Source: Seison nebaliae
Lineage: Eukaryota
DNA: 42,582 bases
NCBI GenBank assembly: GCA_023231475.1
Contig: JALJEE010002271.1
Location: forward strand, 1 to 42,582
Direction: 5' to 3'
Below are positions 11,101-25,838 of the stretch, in pieces (the stretch's first letter is position 1; each line of letters begins with the position of its first letter). A model generated the notes under the pieces. That model was not told the DNA's origin, did not search any database, and saw nothing but the letters and a program-made list of their open reading frames with translations. The translations under genes and the position numbers were made by a program.

Positions 11101-13376
11101 AACCAGAAATGTCATAGGAGAAAATGGGGAATTTCGACTGCATTTCCTCTCGTTTATTCCATAATGAAATGAATGTCCTTCATCTTACATTTCATGAAGC
11201 AATTGAACGAGAGAACGAAAATTTCCTAGTAGGAATTTTGAAGATGCTCAACATTTTATTTGTTGGAATGTCTTCACTAAACAAATAGAACGGAAGGCAT
11301 TAAACTAAATTTTCTTCTTCTTCAATGTTCCTATTTAATCGTTCATTCATCTTTAAATTATTAAGGTCTTACTCATTCCATCATCGATTCTTATTAATCG
11401 ATCAGCAACACGAATTTTTCAAATATATTTACGGCAAAATCGAGAAACCTTTTCCATTTGTTTTATGGCACACACATATGGCGAGCATATATTATGTCTA
11501 TTATTCTTCCAATAAATCATTTAATCTTCTATTTTCCCATGGTCGAGATTAGTTAAACGTTTTGAAAATTGAAAGTATATGAAGAAATGGTTCGTCGATA
11601 GAGAATTAGATCTTTCTAACAACATTCTAACTCTTCAATACTTTCCGATTAGGTACAAACTAATCGAATAGAACATTTAGTGGAATAGTTTCTTCTAAAG
11701 AACAGAAGAAGAACGTTCGTTTCACTGGTTGTCAATCGGTTCCCTTGTCAATCAATGTGAGAGAAAGGAGAATAATTATTGTTTTATTCAAGATAAGAGA
11801 ATTATCAATTTTATTGTTATTCTTCTCGAAATGACATTGTTATTAAAGGAGATCGGATGATTTTTTCGTTGTGGTTATTCGAAATTTCAAATGAACTATT
11901 TGAAATAATTTATAATTAGTTTATTTATATTCTTCGAACCTTCTTTTTTTCTTCGAAGAACTAATTCTTTTCGATGATATTGAATAGGATGACAATCAAA
12001 TGGAATGAAATTCAATGACAATTCTTTACATAATATTAATAAAGGAATATTTACAGAAAATATTTACGTTCGAAACATTCATGGATAAAAAGCAAGAACA
12101 AGTAAATAAATAAGTAAATAGTTGTTAGGACAGTAGAAGAAATTTCTGATTTAGGTTCCGTAAAGATTGGATTACGAAAATGGGAATATTCTCCTTTATT
12201 TCCCACAAACCGATATGTATTCGGATCTCTTCCTTTTCTACTTGCCTAGAACTATGTTTCCTTCCCCGTCGTTATGTCAAATAATAGTTGTTCAAATCAT
12301 TCCCATCTAAAGTGTGGTTTATTTATAACCAATTTCCTTCTTACTTAACATAACTTACCAATTAACTGACGGATTCACATGTCAACATCTACCGTTCTTC
12401 TATCGCTTTCCTTCCCATCCTTTTTGTGGGAGAAGTGTAACTTTCCCCAATCAATTCCGAACGTCCTGCTGAACAACCACACACTTCACACTATCGAAGG
12501 GAATCAGACGAAAATCCATTTTTCTAATCATAATTCCCCATATTTCAGTTCGTAAACTTTTCCTTTTATTCGAATTCAATGAACATCAATCTTCTTCATC
12601 GGGAAATACTTCTTCAGTTTTTCGTCATTATTTCATTTCGTTCCGAAATTTAGTTTATTTCTTTCTTGCATTTTAACTGGGAAATGTAATCGATGAGGAA
12701 TTTAAGTTCTGATCATTCAACCATTCTCCTTTGAGAAATTATATTGAATGTGTGATCGATCGAGTTGGAGAGAAATTATGTTCAATTTATTCGATGCCTG
12801 CTAGCACCTGTTTTGGTCATTTACACTTAATCGGGCAGTCTAATAAATTTTGTTGCCTGACCACCACTTGTGTCTCTACATATGCATAATTCAAATAATA
12901 TGAGAATATTAGAAAGCATTTGTTATGCACGATAGCCAAAACACTTTTCTCATAAAATTATATGAAGGAAAATTTATTTAATAATTCTTCTCATTCGCTT
13001 CCAAATAAGAGATGATTAGTGAGGAAAGTTGTGGAAGGAAATAATCTTGGTAAATTTCATAGAGTGAAGAGTTTTCTTTTATCGTTTGCTCTTTCATTTG
13101 ATCGGATTTGTGCGTATAATTTATAATTTTCACATTATCGATTAACAACCGTATTAGATAATTATTCCATCAATCGTATAGGAAATAATGTGTCAATCAT
13201 ATATCAGTGGAACTTATTAATATCAATATTTCCAATATAATCATTTGCAATGACTACTATCCACTACCTTCCCCCTTACTCCAAATAGAAGTAAATCAAT
13301 TTCTTATCTATTATGATCGTATTAACACATGCAATATAAATAGAAGAGCTTGACACCAACTTCCGGTTTTACAGAT

Positions 13377-13406
<30 letters not shown>
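13377..13406. repeat. (ATC)10 microsatellite
   Basis: Perfect trinucleotide run. Confidence 0.95.
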
Positions 13407-13407
<1 letters not shown>

Positions 13408-15269
13408 GAATATCTACAATATTCCCATAGTTTCTTCTTTTACTTTCTCCTAATTCATTTACATGAACCGTCCGGCTAAGGAGTCTAATACCGGAAACGG
13501 ACTTTTATGGACTTTCTTTACACGACTGATATTCGTCAATCTTTTTTTACTGCAATCGATGGAATCTTTAAAGAATTGTATTAAATCTTCGCGGCTTTCA
13601 TCAAACTTTGATAAGTGAACTTTTTATTCTCTACTATTACTTACAATTCCGTTTCGCTGATTATTCTCCAAAGAACAACAAGAAAGGTGTATTTCCACCT
13701 TTCGACATACTGAATGGGCTCCACTCCGGAAATCATTTGCATCTGAAAGACACTAGTTTTCTACTTTCATCATTCTTCTATTTTGATATTCAAGTACTTC
13801 ATTTAGTACTGAATAATTATGATGAATAAGTAGCCACTATAATGAATAGTTCAAATAATGTTATCGTTCTCATTTCTCTTCATCGAGAAGATTATTCAAA
13901 GAAAACCAAAATTTTCGATAAATGGAAAGAAAAAGAGTCTTGATGTTGTTGACGATGATCGATCAATGAACAAATCGTTCATAACCACATATATGATGAT
14001 GTTACATAAATTCAGTAGAATTAACTAAATTTGAACTAATAAATTGAAGTATGTGAAGACAAGTACTTTAATGAGATTTATTAAAATTTTTTTATTCCAT
14101 CAAAACAATCCTACGAACCAAATGGAAAACATATGTGTGTTCATGTTAAACGTTTGGGGGACGGGAGAGAACAAGGGAAATTTTCAAATCCCTCATAATT
14201 TCAATCACCACCGAAAGAAAGTCCGTAATTATTTCTTTGTGTTCACTCTCAAGGTTTTCGGTCCAATGTCGATAATTTGAAGAAAATCCATCAGATGATT
14301 TGATAAGTTCAATAAACATAAATATTAGTAAGTTTATTCCTACTTATTCCAGTTCCAATAACTGTAAAAGGAAAAGTAATGGAGAAGAATGAGGAGTGAG
14401 AAGAATCTTATGAAAGAGGAGGAAGAAGATGTTATGGATCTTTGAAGAGGCGTAAAAAAATTGAAAAGAAAATTTTCTCCACTTGTTGAAAACGCGCCAA
14501 ATAATTCCATCTATATTTCAGTCGTACAATCTCATTTTTTCGCCAACTTCTCCCACAACTTTTTCATTGGGTGTTAGTTCTCGTATGCAACCGAGAAAGT
14601 ATTTCTCCTGTTTTTCGAGATATGTATATATTGTTTAGACTTCTTCCACCACCATGAGTCAAGGACGGAAACATCATCAATATATTGGTGTATATATTTG
14701 CGAATGAATGTGTATTTATTTACAAATTTCTGCTGTATTTCCTCCTATTCACACACTTTCCATTCTACTTTTACTATTGGAAAGAATTTGAAGTTCTTCT
14801 TAATTCAGAAATGCGTGAAATGTTTACTTCCAATTAATCGTTTTCGCACGCATCCCTTCCCTTCCATTTTTCGGTAACTGGATATGAACTAATGAATGCC
14901 GTTTATAGGTAAATACAAATTATTTCTCTCGATTGTCAATATCGAATTGAATATGTCGATTCGTTCCAGTCCATATTCATATTTGATACTCTTATCATAA
15001 AAATTAATCAATTCGTTCAATCTTCTTCCGTTTTCCTTCTATGAACATCTTTCATTTGTTGATTTTCCTTTATCCATTATCTTTATTGATCGATTTCCTT
15101 TCTCTTTTGACATTCCCTCATATTTATTTACTTTCATTTCCATCAGATTATTTATGTGTTGAATTCGATTTTCTCCATCGAATTAATTTGCTCAATTATT
15201 TCTCCTTTATTTCCGTTGTTTGCCATAAGAGATTCGATGGACACTGGCCATTCCCTAGAGAGAAGATAA

Positions 15270-18200
15270 ATGAATAATTCTTTCGAATTATTAAGTTTAT
15301 TCATTATTACTCTCATTCAACAATCAATTACGCTATCGACCATAAATAAACCTCCACGGTTTGATAGAAGTTTACAATCTTGGTATGATGTAGACGAATA
15401 TCCGAAGACGCCAATAGGTTTTTTCTTCTCCTTTTCATATTCCTTCAACATCATTTAGGAGCGATCTTATTTACAGTTAGAGCGACTGATCCGGATCCCG
15501 GTGATCGTGTTCGATTCGATCTTCATGGTCAGTTAGCTAAAGAATATTTGAAATTGCAGAAAAATGGAAAGAATAGTGTAAATGTTGTAGTGAAGAAAGG
15601 ATTAGATCGAGAAGTTCTATCTTAATTTTTAAATTTCAATTCTTAAAAAATCTCATTTAGGTGTCTAAACATTACGATTTGGTCATTTCGGCCCATGACA
15701 GTGTCAATAATGTAGTGAAAAAGAATATTAAATTAATTATTTGGGATACGAATGATAATCGACCGAAATTCACTTCATCCTCCTACATCGTCAACATCAG
15801 AGAAGACACACCAATAAATCAATTGATTTTTAAAGAAATCGAAGCATATGATGTGGATGAATATCCGTCAAATATTATCAATTTCGAATTAAAAGTTCCT
15901 TTCTATCATTTTTCTATCATTAAATTTCAATACTCCATTAAGGGATTGGATAAAGATTACTTTTATTTGGATCAACATCTCATACCAAATAATCGATTAA
16001 TCAGAAGAAAAAGATGGCCAATATCGAACAGTCACGATGAAAATAAATCATCAGAACGAAATATGAACAAAATTAATATTCGATTAAAAAAGAAGTTGGA
16101 TTATGAAACGAAAAGCGTTTTCGTCGCCAAATTAGTCGCAACTGTTAGAGATTTTTGAGATTTAACACTTCTATGAATTTTTTTGGAAAAAGGATGAAGC
16201 TGGTAGTGGAAAAAGTACAGAAGTGGATTTAATCGTCAATGTAATTGATGTACCAGATCAGCCACCACATTTTCTCAATTTACCGTATTTTATAGAATTT
16301 GCTGAAAATTTGAAAAAAGTTAAAAAGTTTTAAAATTTGAAAAAAAATTAATTTTTCTCATTCGCTCTCGTTAGAATACGAAATTATTAAGAGTAAAAGC
16401 AGTTGATGGCGATATCGGGATAAATGCACAAATTGAATATAGTCTTCTTCCGATTAAAAGTGAGCACATTTTCTATTTGAAATTTCTATAAACAATTTAC
16501 ACTTTCTAGATAAAACGGAAACAGTTGATAATTATATAAGGATAGATAATGATGGTATAATTTATGTGAACGACGTAATCGATACAGATGAGAAGAATAT
16601 TCCGAATCATCATCAAATGATTATTAAAGTTTAAATAATTTTTAAAGTTTTATTTAAAAATTCAATTTAATTTTTTTAGGCTAAAGAGAAGTTTGAGCCA
16701 TTCGCTGAGAGTGAGACGATTCTCTCCATTACTTTCAAAGATTTGGATGACAATTTTCCTCAATTCGAACATTCGTCATACAATTTAACTGTCAAGTCGT
16801 TAGCTGGTAGTGGAACGATGTTGCGCATTCTACGAGATCATTCACTTGTTGGTCATTGGAAATACAGACCGAAAACGACTACTGAGATTTTAGATTATTT
16901 CACCACCACAACTCAATTAATTTCAACTGAACATCGAAATTTATTAGGAGATAATAATCTTTCTAAAAATAATTATTTATCTTCGTTCGATGAGTTTATG
17001 AATTCACGTATGGATTATAGTGATTATGACGATTTTCTTCAAATCGATAGACAACGTCGATCGATTGATATCCATCAGATTATGGTGAGAGATGAAGATA
17101 AAGGAATAAATGGATCTTTTCAACTAATTCCCGTTGTTGAGGATAATGGAATTATTGAAAGATTTGATGGAATTGGAATCGTACCACCCCACGGTAGAAA
17201 CGAAGTAGCATTATCTCTCCGAATTAAAGACAATTCAAAATTTGATTATATCATTAATGATCATTTGGAATTTAAAGTTAATCATTAAATTTTTTTGAAA
17301 TTTATAATGTTTATATAAACCAAAAACAGATTATTGCAGTGCCAATGAAAATGTCTATTTCTGAATTAAATTTACCAAAATTGGTTAAGAATATGAATGA
17401 ATTATCGATGACAAGAATAAGAGTGTTTATCGAACCTTCTAATATGCACACGCCGGTATTTGGTGAAAAGGTGTTAGAAGTTAAATTAAATGAACATCCT
17501 CTACCAAATCAACTGGTAACGACAATTCAAGTTTTTTCTTCAATTTAATTTAATTTAATAATAATAAATTTTAAAAAAATTAGGCTAGTGATGATGATCC
17601 ATCATTTTATGGCGAATTAACATATTCCATGCAAAGTTCCGATAATCGTTTTATTATCGATAAAATTAGCGGTGAAATCAGAACAGCACCCTCGTTGTCA
17701 TCGAAATCGTTTAAAAATCGAACGAAATATGAAAATGATATAGAAATCGATCGTGAAATAACACCAGATATCTGGTTAATATTCGAAGCGACAGATGTTG
17801 GTGGATTGAAAGCGACGTTACAAGTACATATAATATTAGTTGACATTAATGATAATCCACCGTTATTTACACAAGATGTATGGTATGGTGAAATTGAAGA
17901 GAATTCTCTGAAATGGCTTCGATTGATTGAAGTGAGAGCGATCGATTCAGATGAGAAGAATAATGTGAATAGTGAAATTTATTATGTTTTAGATAAGAAT
18001 CCTTTCAACATAACAATTAATGCACAAACCGGAATTATATCATTAACTCATAAATTAGACTATGAAGAATTATTTGAAAAAATTTCCATTTACAACAAAG
18101 AATCAATTTCCAATTCAATTGATGATATGTCGAATGAAAAGAAATCTTTAATTAATCTCCTCTCACCAGGTCGAATAAAAATCCGTTTAACGGTTTATGC

Positions 18201-21200
18201 TATCGATCGAGGATATCCAATAACGATGAGAAGTAACGCGATGCTATCAATTATCGTTCATGATGTTAATGATCATATACCATTCTTTCAATTACCACGA
18301 TATGATATTTGGTTACGTGAAGATTTTATTAGTCGAGGTAAAGCCATAGCTTATGTACGTGCAATTGATCACGATTCAGCTAAAACGGATAATTCTCGTC
18401 TTTCTTATTCGATTGAGAGGAATATTGCTAATAAATTCTCAGTGAATCCATTGAATGGATCAATCTTTCTAACTACTAATCACGATATTTCTGGTTCGGT
18501 TGATTTCGAGGAATTGAGACCATATTTCGAAAATCCTTTATATTCTCATTCAAATAATCGAACTATTCGATTAGTCATCAAAGTGAACGATCATGGAATA
18601 CCATCATTATCAAGTTCGGTAAATGTTTATATTCATATTCAAGATGTGAATAATCGACGACCATTATTCACTCATCCAAAAACGAAAACGATCGATTTGA
18701 TGGAAAATTCAATTGGTGGAACAGTAATTGAACGATTCGTTGCTGGTGATGCTGATTTTAATGCACATCTACTTTATCGAATTGTCTATGATGAATCATA
18801 CGTTTTCAATCAATGGCAACAAAATGTTAAGAGAAATATCTGGAAATCCTGGTTTTATATCGATAAAGATACGGGCGAAATATTCATTAGTAAAAATGTG
18901 GAAATTGATCGAGAGAAAGTGAATGAATTACAATTAATCATCGAAGTGAGAGATGTGAATGCTGACGATATGGTTTCTCAACAATATGATCGGGCAAATC
19001 TCGTTATAAAAATCATTGACAAAAATGATAATTGGCCAATTTTCGATATCGGCTACAATTTATCGATGATTTTGAAAAATCATACACTCGATGATTATTC
19101 GAAGAATGATATTAAAAGAATTGTAAAAGAAATGAAACAACTTTCGTACACGATCTCGTTGAATATGAATGAAGTAAAAGTTTATCATTTTCACGTAAGT
19201 GAACGACGGAAATCGAACGATGAATTACATAAATTTAATGCGATCGATCACGATCTAATCGATACGAATAATAGTTTTGTCTCTTATAAAATTCGTCCGA
19301 GCAAATTGGAGAAATTGAATATTTTCAATTTCATCGATTTAGATGAACAAACCGGAACTTTATATTTGATTCGGGAATTGGACTATGAGAAAATGAAAAA
19401 ATTAGATTTTTATATTGAAGCGAGAGATAACGGGCAACCTAATAAACTTTATGGATTTCTCTTCGTTCGAATGTTAATTACTGATGAGAATGATTGTCAA
19501 CCAAAATTCTTAATACCAACACCTTTACCGATGGATATTCCGAGAAAATATTCAAATTTTCCCGTAAAAACTTTTTTACAATTTTCAAAAAATCAAATGG
19601 GAATGAAAGGAAAAATCGAATATTTCGTTCCGGAAGATGCGAAACTTCAAACGATAGTATGTCAAATTCGAGCGATCGATTGCGATTCTTCGAAAGATTT
19701 CGGTCCACTCAAATATAAATTGTTGAATGATGTTAATCGAACATTTTCAGTAGATCCATTTTCAGGAATTATTCGAGTTAATCGTCAACTTGATCGTGAA
19801 ACGATTTCTTCTTATATTCTACTAGTGGAAGTAGCTGATAATCCACAACGGTCAAATGGACGTCCTTCATCGAGGAATATGTATTTCCGAACTTTCCATC
19901 ACAAACGATACAAACGAAATGTATGGAATTGGCGACGGAAAGTTTTAAGCTCATCAAAATATCTTTATAATACAACGAGAATTACAAATAGTGATTCATT
20001 TCTCCCAAAATCAACTCCTGTCACATTCAGTAAATATTCAGCAAGTCGTCGAAAAAATAAATCGAAATTTTATCGAAAAATTTATAATCGACGAAAGGCG
20101 TCGATAAACTTTAGGAACTCTTCTAATGGAATTCAACTTAGAGATACGATGGTGATCGAAATAAAAGTTGTTGATGTTAATGATCATGTGCCGATGTGTA
20201 CGACGGCATCATTATTCAAACCGATCAATAAAGAACATGTCTCACAATTCGATAAAGTTTTCCAACGACGAATTCGTCATATCAACGAGAATATTCAACC
20301 GAATGAATTAATCGGATTAGCAATCAATGCAATCGATCCAGATGAAGGAATTAATGGAACTGTCAAATATTTTATGGACAGAACTACTACACCATTTGGT
20401 GATAATACGACAAGTTTCCATTTAATTTTTCAAAATTTAATTAATTAATTTTATTTTATTTTATTTATTAATTTAATATAATTAATTTCATTTAAATTAA
20501 TTTCTATTTAGAACCGAATGAATTTTTCGATATCAATCCAATTACTGGAGAAGTTTTCGTCTCTCGTCAATTGGAAGGATATTCTGGTAAATTCAAATTA
20601 TTCATCAAAGCTATTGATGGTGGCAATTTATCAACAATTTGTTCCGTTGTTGTTATTGTTGATGATTTGAATAATTATGCTCCTTCATTCATTCATCCTT
20701 CTTCGTTAAATGAAACGTTAAGAATTAACGAAGTTTCTTTCCATTTTTCATCATTATATTCTCATTTTGAATAATTTTCATCTTTGATTTGATGAACAGA
20801 ATACGAAAATACATGAAGAAATCTTACGAATACAAGCAGTTGATTTCGATTCGGGATTGAATGGGAAAATTATTTATGAAATCGATAACAGAAGTTTCTA
20901 TTCGAATCAAGATTGGCGTTCCTTCTCACTCGATGAGACGAGTGGATCATTAGTTGTAAAATCATCGTTAAATCGAAATAAACAACCGTTGTATGTGGTT
21001 AATGAAAGAGAATTTTTTTTAATTTTACAATTATGATTTTGTAGATCGATATAATAGCAAAAGATAAAGGAATCAATCCAAGATCGCTTCAAACTCGAAC
21101 CACATTGAAAATAGTTTTGGTTGACAAATTTAATAATTCTTTATTCTTCAACAGTAGAATGGTTTGATGAATTTCACTCTCGTATTTTACAATCTTCAAA

Positions 21201-23690
21201 TTTCTCTTTAAAAGATTTGTTCAACTAATAAAGATCGATGTCAATCGATGCATTTGGCGAATTCAAGACGAAGAGATCAATCCCAAATTTTTAAAATACG
21301 ATTCTTCATCGAAGAAGATTCGTTGAAGGGTTGTCAGAAGAGATTAGAAAAGAAATTTCTTTGGTCGATTGAAGACGAATTGAAATTGTATAATTATAAC
21401 AATCCACAATTAATTCGTAAAGGATGTTTCTATTTATTACCAGGTTCATATTAAACTAAATTTATATTTTTCAATGTTATTTAATTCTATAATTAATTAT
21501 TCGTTTTTGGAAGATATGACAAAGAAATGGAACAGTTGGAACGAATTCTTAAAGGAGCAACAATTGATTGAATCCACTTTCTATATCGATGAAAAAACGG
21601 GAAATATTTATTCATTGAAATCATTCGATCGAGAAGAAATTAATAAATATAATTTCGCAATAAAATTAAACGAACAATGTTTTTGTAAATCGAGACAGGA
21701 ACGATCAATCTTATCGGAAACAACCAGTATTAATTATATGTATTTGCAGAAGATGAAGGAAAGTCAATTACCTAATTCCATCTCATCACTCAACATCTAT
21801 GATAATTGTTCACTAAATTATTTCTTTTATAAAAATTATTTCAATAATCTTCACGAATCCATCAACGACATTTCGCTCCTTCATATCCAATTAGAAGTTC
21901 AAACATTATTTTTCTTATTAATTTCAATCTGATAAATTTTCTTCATAAATTTTTAGATTTTAGATATTAATGATAATAAACCAAAATTTTCGAAACAAAT
22001 ATATCGAGGTGGAATTAGTAGTTCGACAAAGATTGGTGATATTCTTTGTGAAATTACCATTCGTGATGATGATATAACGAATATTAATCATTTACAATTC
22101 CAATTGATTCCATTAGATGGAAATTGGAAGATCAACAATATCGACATTCTCCAATACATTCAATTAGAGATCGATAATAGTTCGTTGAGTTCGCATAAAA
22201 TGAGATCGGAAGAAGTAACTTTGTTCATTAAAACGAAGAAATTTTTTCCGATGTTCGAGAAAAATCGAAGTTTCAAATTGAAAATTATCGCGACTGATCG
22301 ATATTCGCATGAGAAAGATGAAGCAATTATTAATGTTTTTTTTTTCCATGTTTCTCTTTCTAATTTTAAATTCATTTTCTTTAGTTACATATCATATCGA
22401 ATAATCAACGAATACGTATGGTATTCAATCAGCCATTAGAGGAATTGCGATCGATGGAATTTGATTTATTGAAATTGTTAGAAAGGGAAACGAAACATTT
22501 AGTTCAGATTGACCGATTTTCCGTTTATCGCAATAAGAATGGAACACCTAATGAGAAAGTGACGGAAGCATATCTTCATTTTTTGAATAATGAAACTTCC
22601 ACCACTACAAGTCAATCGGAAATATTGAGAATGATCGATCGTAATTCCAATATCTTCTCAACACTTTTACATCGATTCAAATTAGTTGAAGCGATGGAAT
22701 GGACGATGAAAGATGAAGCGTTAGCAGTAGCGAATGTCGCCGCCGTATCATCCGATACGATGATCGAAGGTAGTCCATTATTGGATAAGAATGCAAAGAA
22801 TTATGTTCGACGATTACATATCACATTAATTGTAACGCCGATTATTCTCATCATAATTATCGGAACTATTATTCTTTTCTATTGTATGACGAAAAAGAAA
22901 TTTCAAAGGAAATTAAAAGCAGAACGTGCAATGACGAAAATTTATGGACTGGAAACTCCGGAAAAAGAAATGCCAATTCATAAAATTATTCAAAATCATG
23001 TCAATCGTTCTACGAGTATTTTAACGTCAAGAATGAAAATGTTCTTACAAGCCAAACCAGATCATACGATACAAGATGATCGTACTTCATATACAGCATC
23101 ATCGTCATCTACTTCTAATGATACTTCGTCGTCAAATATCAATAACGGACAAACGAAACGAATTGATGGTACGGATAGTAGCGGATTAGAAAGTAATTCG
23201 GGCAAGAGTTGCAAAGCTGATTATTATTATAAAGATCCATTTCAATATCAATCTGAACATTATCCCTCACAATTCTCGTTATGTCCAAATGAATTAGAAT
23301 TAGATGTTGATGAACACATTTCACATCATCCATCAAATAGAAATGACATTTCCGTCAGTTTTAATAATAACAAGACATTTCTCTCTCAAATCAATATTCC
23401 ACAACACTGTTTGTCCAGTCGACGTATAATGAGGAATGCTGTTCATTCGAATACGTCGAATGATCTCCATGATCGTACAATAACAGTCGCTCCGAGTATC
23501 ATTGAGAATATTAATGAATTCTCTCCACGACAAATTCAAAATAAACAAATTTTAACATCGACAATTAAATTGTTGAATAAGAATGTAAATTTCTTAAAGA
23601 ATTCAAATAACCATCAATCGTCGTTATCAGGAGAAGCTTGTCGTAATTCCATTGAATTACCAAATATTTGTAATTTGTCTTATACGGAAA

Positions 23691-23721
<31 letters not shown>

Positions 23722-24085
23722 GGTGATTGCTCCACTTTCGAATAATCGATCTCATTTACCTCATGATTATTCGAATGAAACTATCAAATGTGATAATAAG
23801 AAGAGTAAACAATTGTCAGAATGGTTAAACACTCTCCAAAACGGTTCTATACCTTCCCCAATTGATTATGATAAAAATTCGGAAGTTCAATTAAAAGGTT
23901 TTCGTAAAATTCTCACTATTCGCGAATTCCCTCGACATCAAACAGAAACTGATGTAACTTCAACACAAGTCGTTGACGATTATTGTGGAAATGATAACGA
24001 ACCAACAACAACAACCACTTTCTCTCAATCAAATGATGGAAAAGATAAAAATCGTTTTAATGATATTCAGTTAATCCCGTCCTAA
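15270..24085 (+). CDS. Cadherin-23/Cad87A-like nonclassical cadherin (signal peptide, ~14 EC repeats, membrane-adjacent domain, TM, long cytoplasmic tail); 17 exons
   Basis: N-terminal NKPPRF, repeated LDRE/DxNDNxPxF/AxDxD motifs, MAD-like LHIISNNQRIRMVFNQP...LHFLN...ILRMID (cf. CDH23 IYILRDDQRVKIVIN...IHVVN...IQMID), and a TM followed by RKLKA. Intron donors at 15418, 15614, 15895, 16144, 16319, 16460, 16629, 17277, 17531, 20414, 20733, 20998, 21162, 21444, 21897 and 22335 give one continuous frame. Confidence 0.9.
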
Positions 24086-24221
24086 TCTTCAAATAGACAT
24101 CATTTGTTTGTTTAATTCTTCTCAATCCTATCCCTTCCCACCATTCGAAAATGACAAGAACAATATTATTTATTGTATTTTTTTTATTTTTCATTATCTC
24201 CAATTCTCAAATCTTTTTTGA

Positions 24222-24749
24222 ATGATGTCTAATAACAATTCCATCGATCTATTCGCTTTATACCCAAATTATAACGTCAATTGGCATCATCCTTCATCAA
24301 ACCAATCAAATTCTTTACGAATCACTCACACATTAACAAACCATCAATTCACCTCAACAAATCATCAATTGAAAAATGAACAGAAATATTTCCAAAATAA
24401 AAATAATAATAATAAATCGAACAAATCGAATGAGAATGAGATGAAGAAAGATCGTGGAGAAAAAAAAGGAAAGAATCGACGATTATTATTCTTTTCATTC
24501 TCTCCTCGAAATCGACGGAAAAATGGTGAGAAAAAAGAAACGAAACGATCTTTCCCACTAAATCCTTCACCTCCCGAAATCTTCGTTTATGAGCCTGATC
24601 TCTCCGAGAAGTTGACACATGAAAGTATAAGAAACGATCAAAACGATTTCATCGTTTTACCATCACATCAGGAATGTATCGATCCGTTTCGTGTGTGGCG
24701 TAAACGATATCGGAAAAATGGGAAATCCAATGAAGAAAATCAAAATTAA
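24222..24749 (+). CDS. Possible 175-aa hypothetical protein (or cadherin 3' UTR ORF)
   Basis: ATG-initiated ORF, low complexity in part, with a more protein-like C-terminus (PPEIFVYEP...DPFRVWRKRY). AATAAA follows at ~24758. Confidence 0.35.
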   Translation: MMSNNNSIDLFALYPNYNVNWHHPSSNQSNSLRITHTLTNHQFTSTNHQLKNEQKYFQNKNNNNKSNKSNENEMKKDRGEKKGKNRRLLFFSFSPRNRRKNGEKKETKRSFPLNPSPPEIFVYEPDLSEKLTHESIRNDQNDFIVLPSHQECIDPFRVWRKRYRKNGKSNEENQN

Positions 24750-24849
24750 TTTTAACGAATAAAATTATTGAAAATTCATTTAATTCTTTTAAATTTCAAT
24801 TATTTAATTAAATTTCCAAAATTTCAAAATTTTTCATCCTCATCAAATT

Positions 24850-25838
24850 TTATGATGTGATTTCCATCGGTTCGATTGTTGTAGTGAGTTGTTGGACAAC
24901 GTCATATTCTATTTTTTGGATATCATTCTTCAAGATTCCTGTCGTTCCTTTCTTATATCGATAATTTCCCGTGCTAAATTAAATTTTTTTTACAAAATTT
25001 TCTTAATAAATTTTTTTCTAACCGAACACCTTTCTTATTGGCTTGATCATAAGGACGAAGCATTTCTGCTTTCTTCCTCTCTTTATGAATCACACACAAA
25101 TCCACATTACTACCTGAACCGAGATCATTAAAAATTCCTGCAGCGATCGCATTTCGTACTAATTTCTTCGCTTCTTCTTCTTCCATATTCTCTTTCCATC
25201 CTGTTTCTAGAACAGCCATTGCAGCTAACGATCCAGAACCCATCGTAGCATAAGGAACTTTATCAGTCGATCCATGAGGATGAATCGAATAAATTTGTGG
25301 TCCATTTACATCAACACCTCCTAATACTAGAGCTGCACCAACATAACCTTGATATCGAAAAAGATATTGTTTCAACATTCGATTTGCTGAACAAACACGA
25401 GCAATTCTTCCCGAATGCATCTCATGTAATTTCAATGATGCTGATATCATTTGTGTCACCATTTCTGTATCAGCTGCTGTTCCAGCTCCACAACAACTAT
25501 TTCAATAAATTTAATTTAATAAATAAATATGAAATTAGTAAAATAAAATTTATGAAATTAACTAAATATTATTGGTAATATAATGGATCTTCGAACAATT
25601 CTTATCCGCAACAATAGTATCAGATGTGGCACGAGTATCCGCTCCCAATACAACTCCATCCTTAAATATCACTCCAACAATCGTCGTACCGGTTTTTGTT
25701 GCTGTCGGCAATTTAGAGAATTGTTTCGACAATAATCCATTTCTAAAAATTTGTTGGAAAAATCGGAGAATGAGAAACAGAAACGAACCTACGACTATTC
25801 TCGAAAGAGAATCCTTCAACTTTTTCCATATTACTCAT
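24850..25838 (-). CDS. PSMB7: 20S proteasome subunit beta-2 (beta type-7); 4 exons
   Basis: [10 protein letters not shown], propeptide cleavage [53 protein letters not shown]. Introns at 25743-25788, 25497-25562 and 24974-25022. Confidence 0.97.

Noticed and set aside
13468..13500. Hammerhead-like CTAAGGAG...GAAAC within a CCGTCCGG/CCGGAAACGG hairpin
   Set aside because: Core is not CUGANGA and stems II/III cannot be built.
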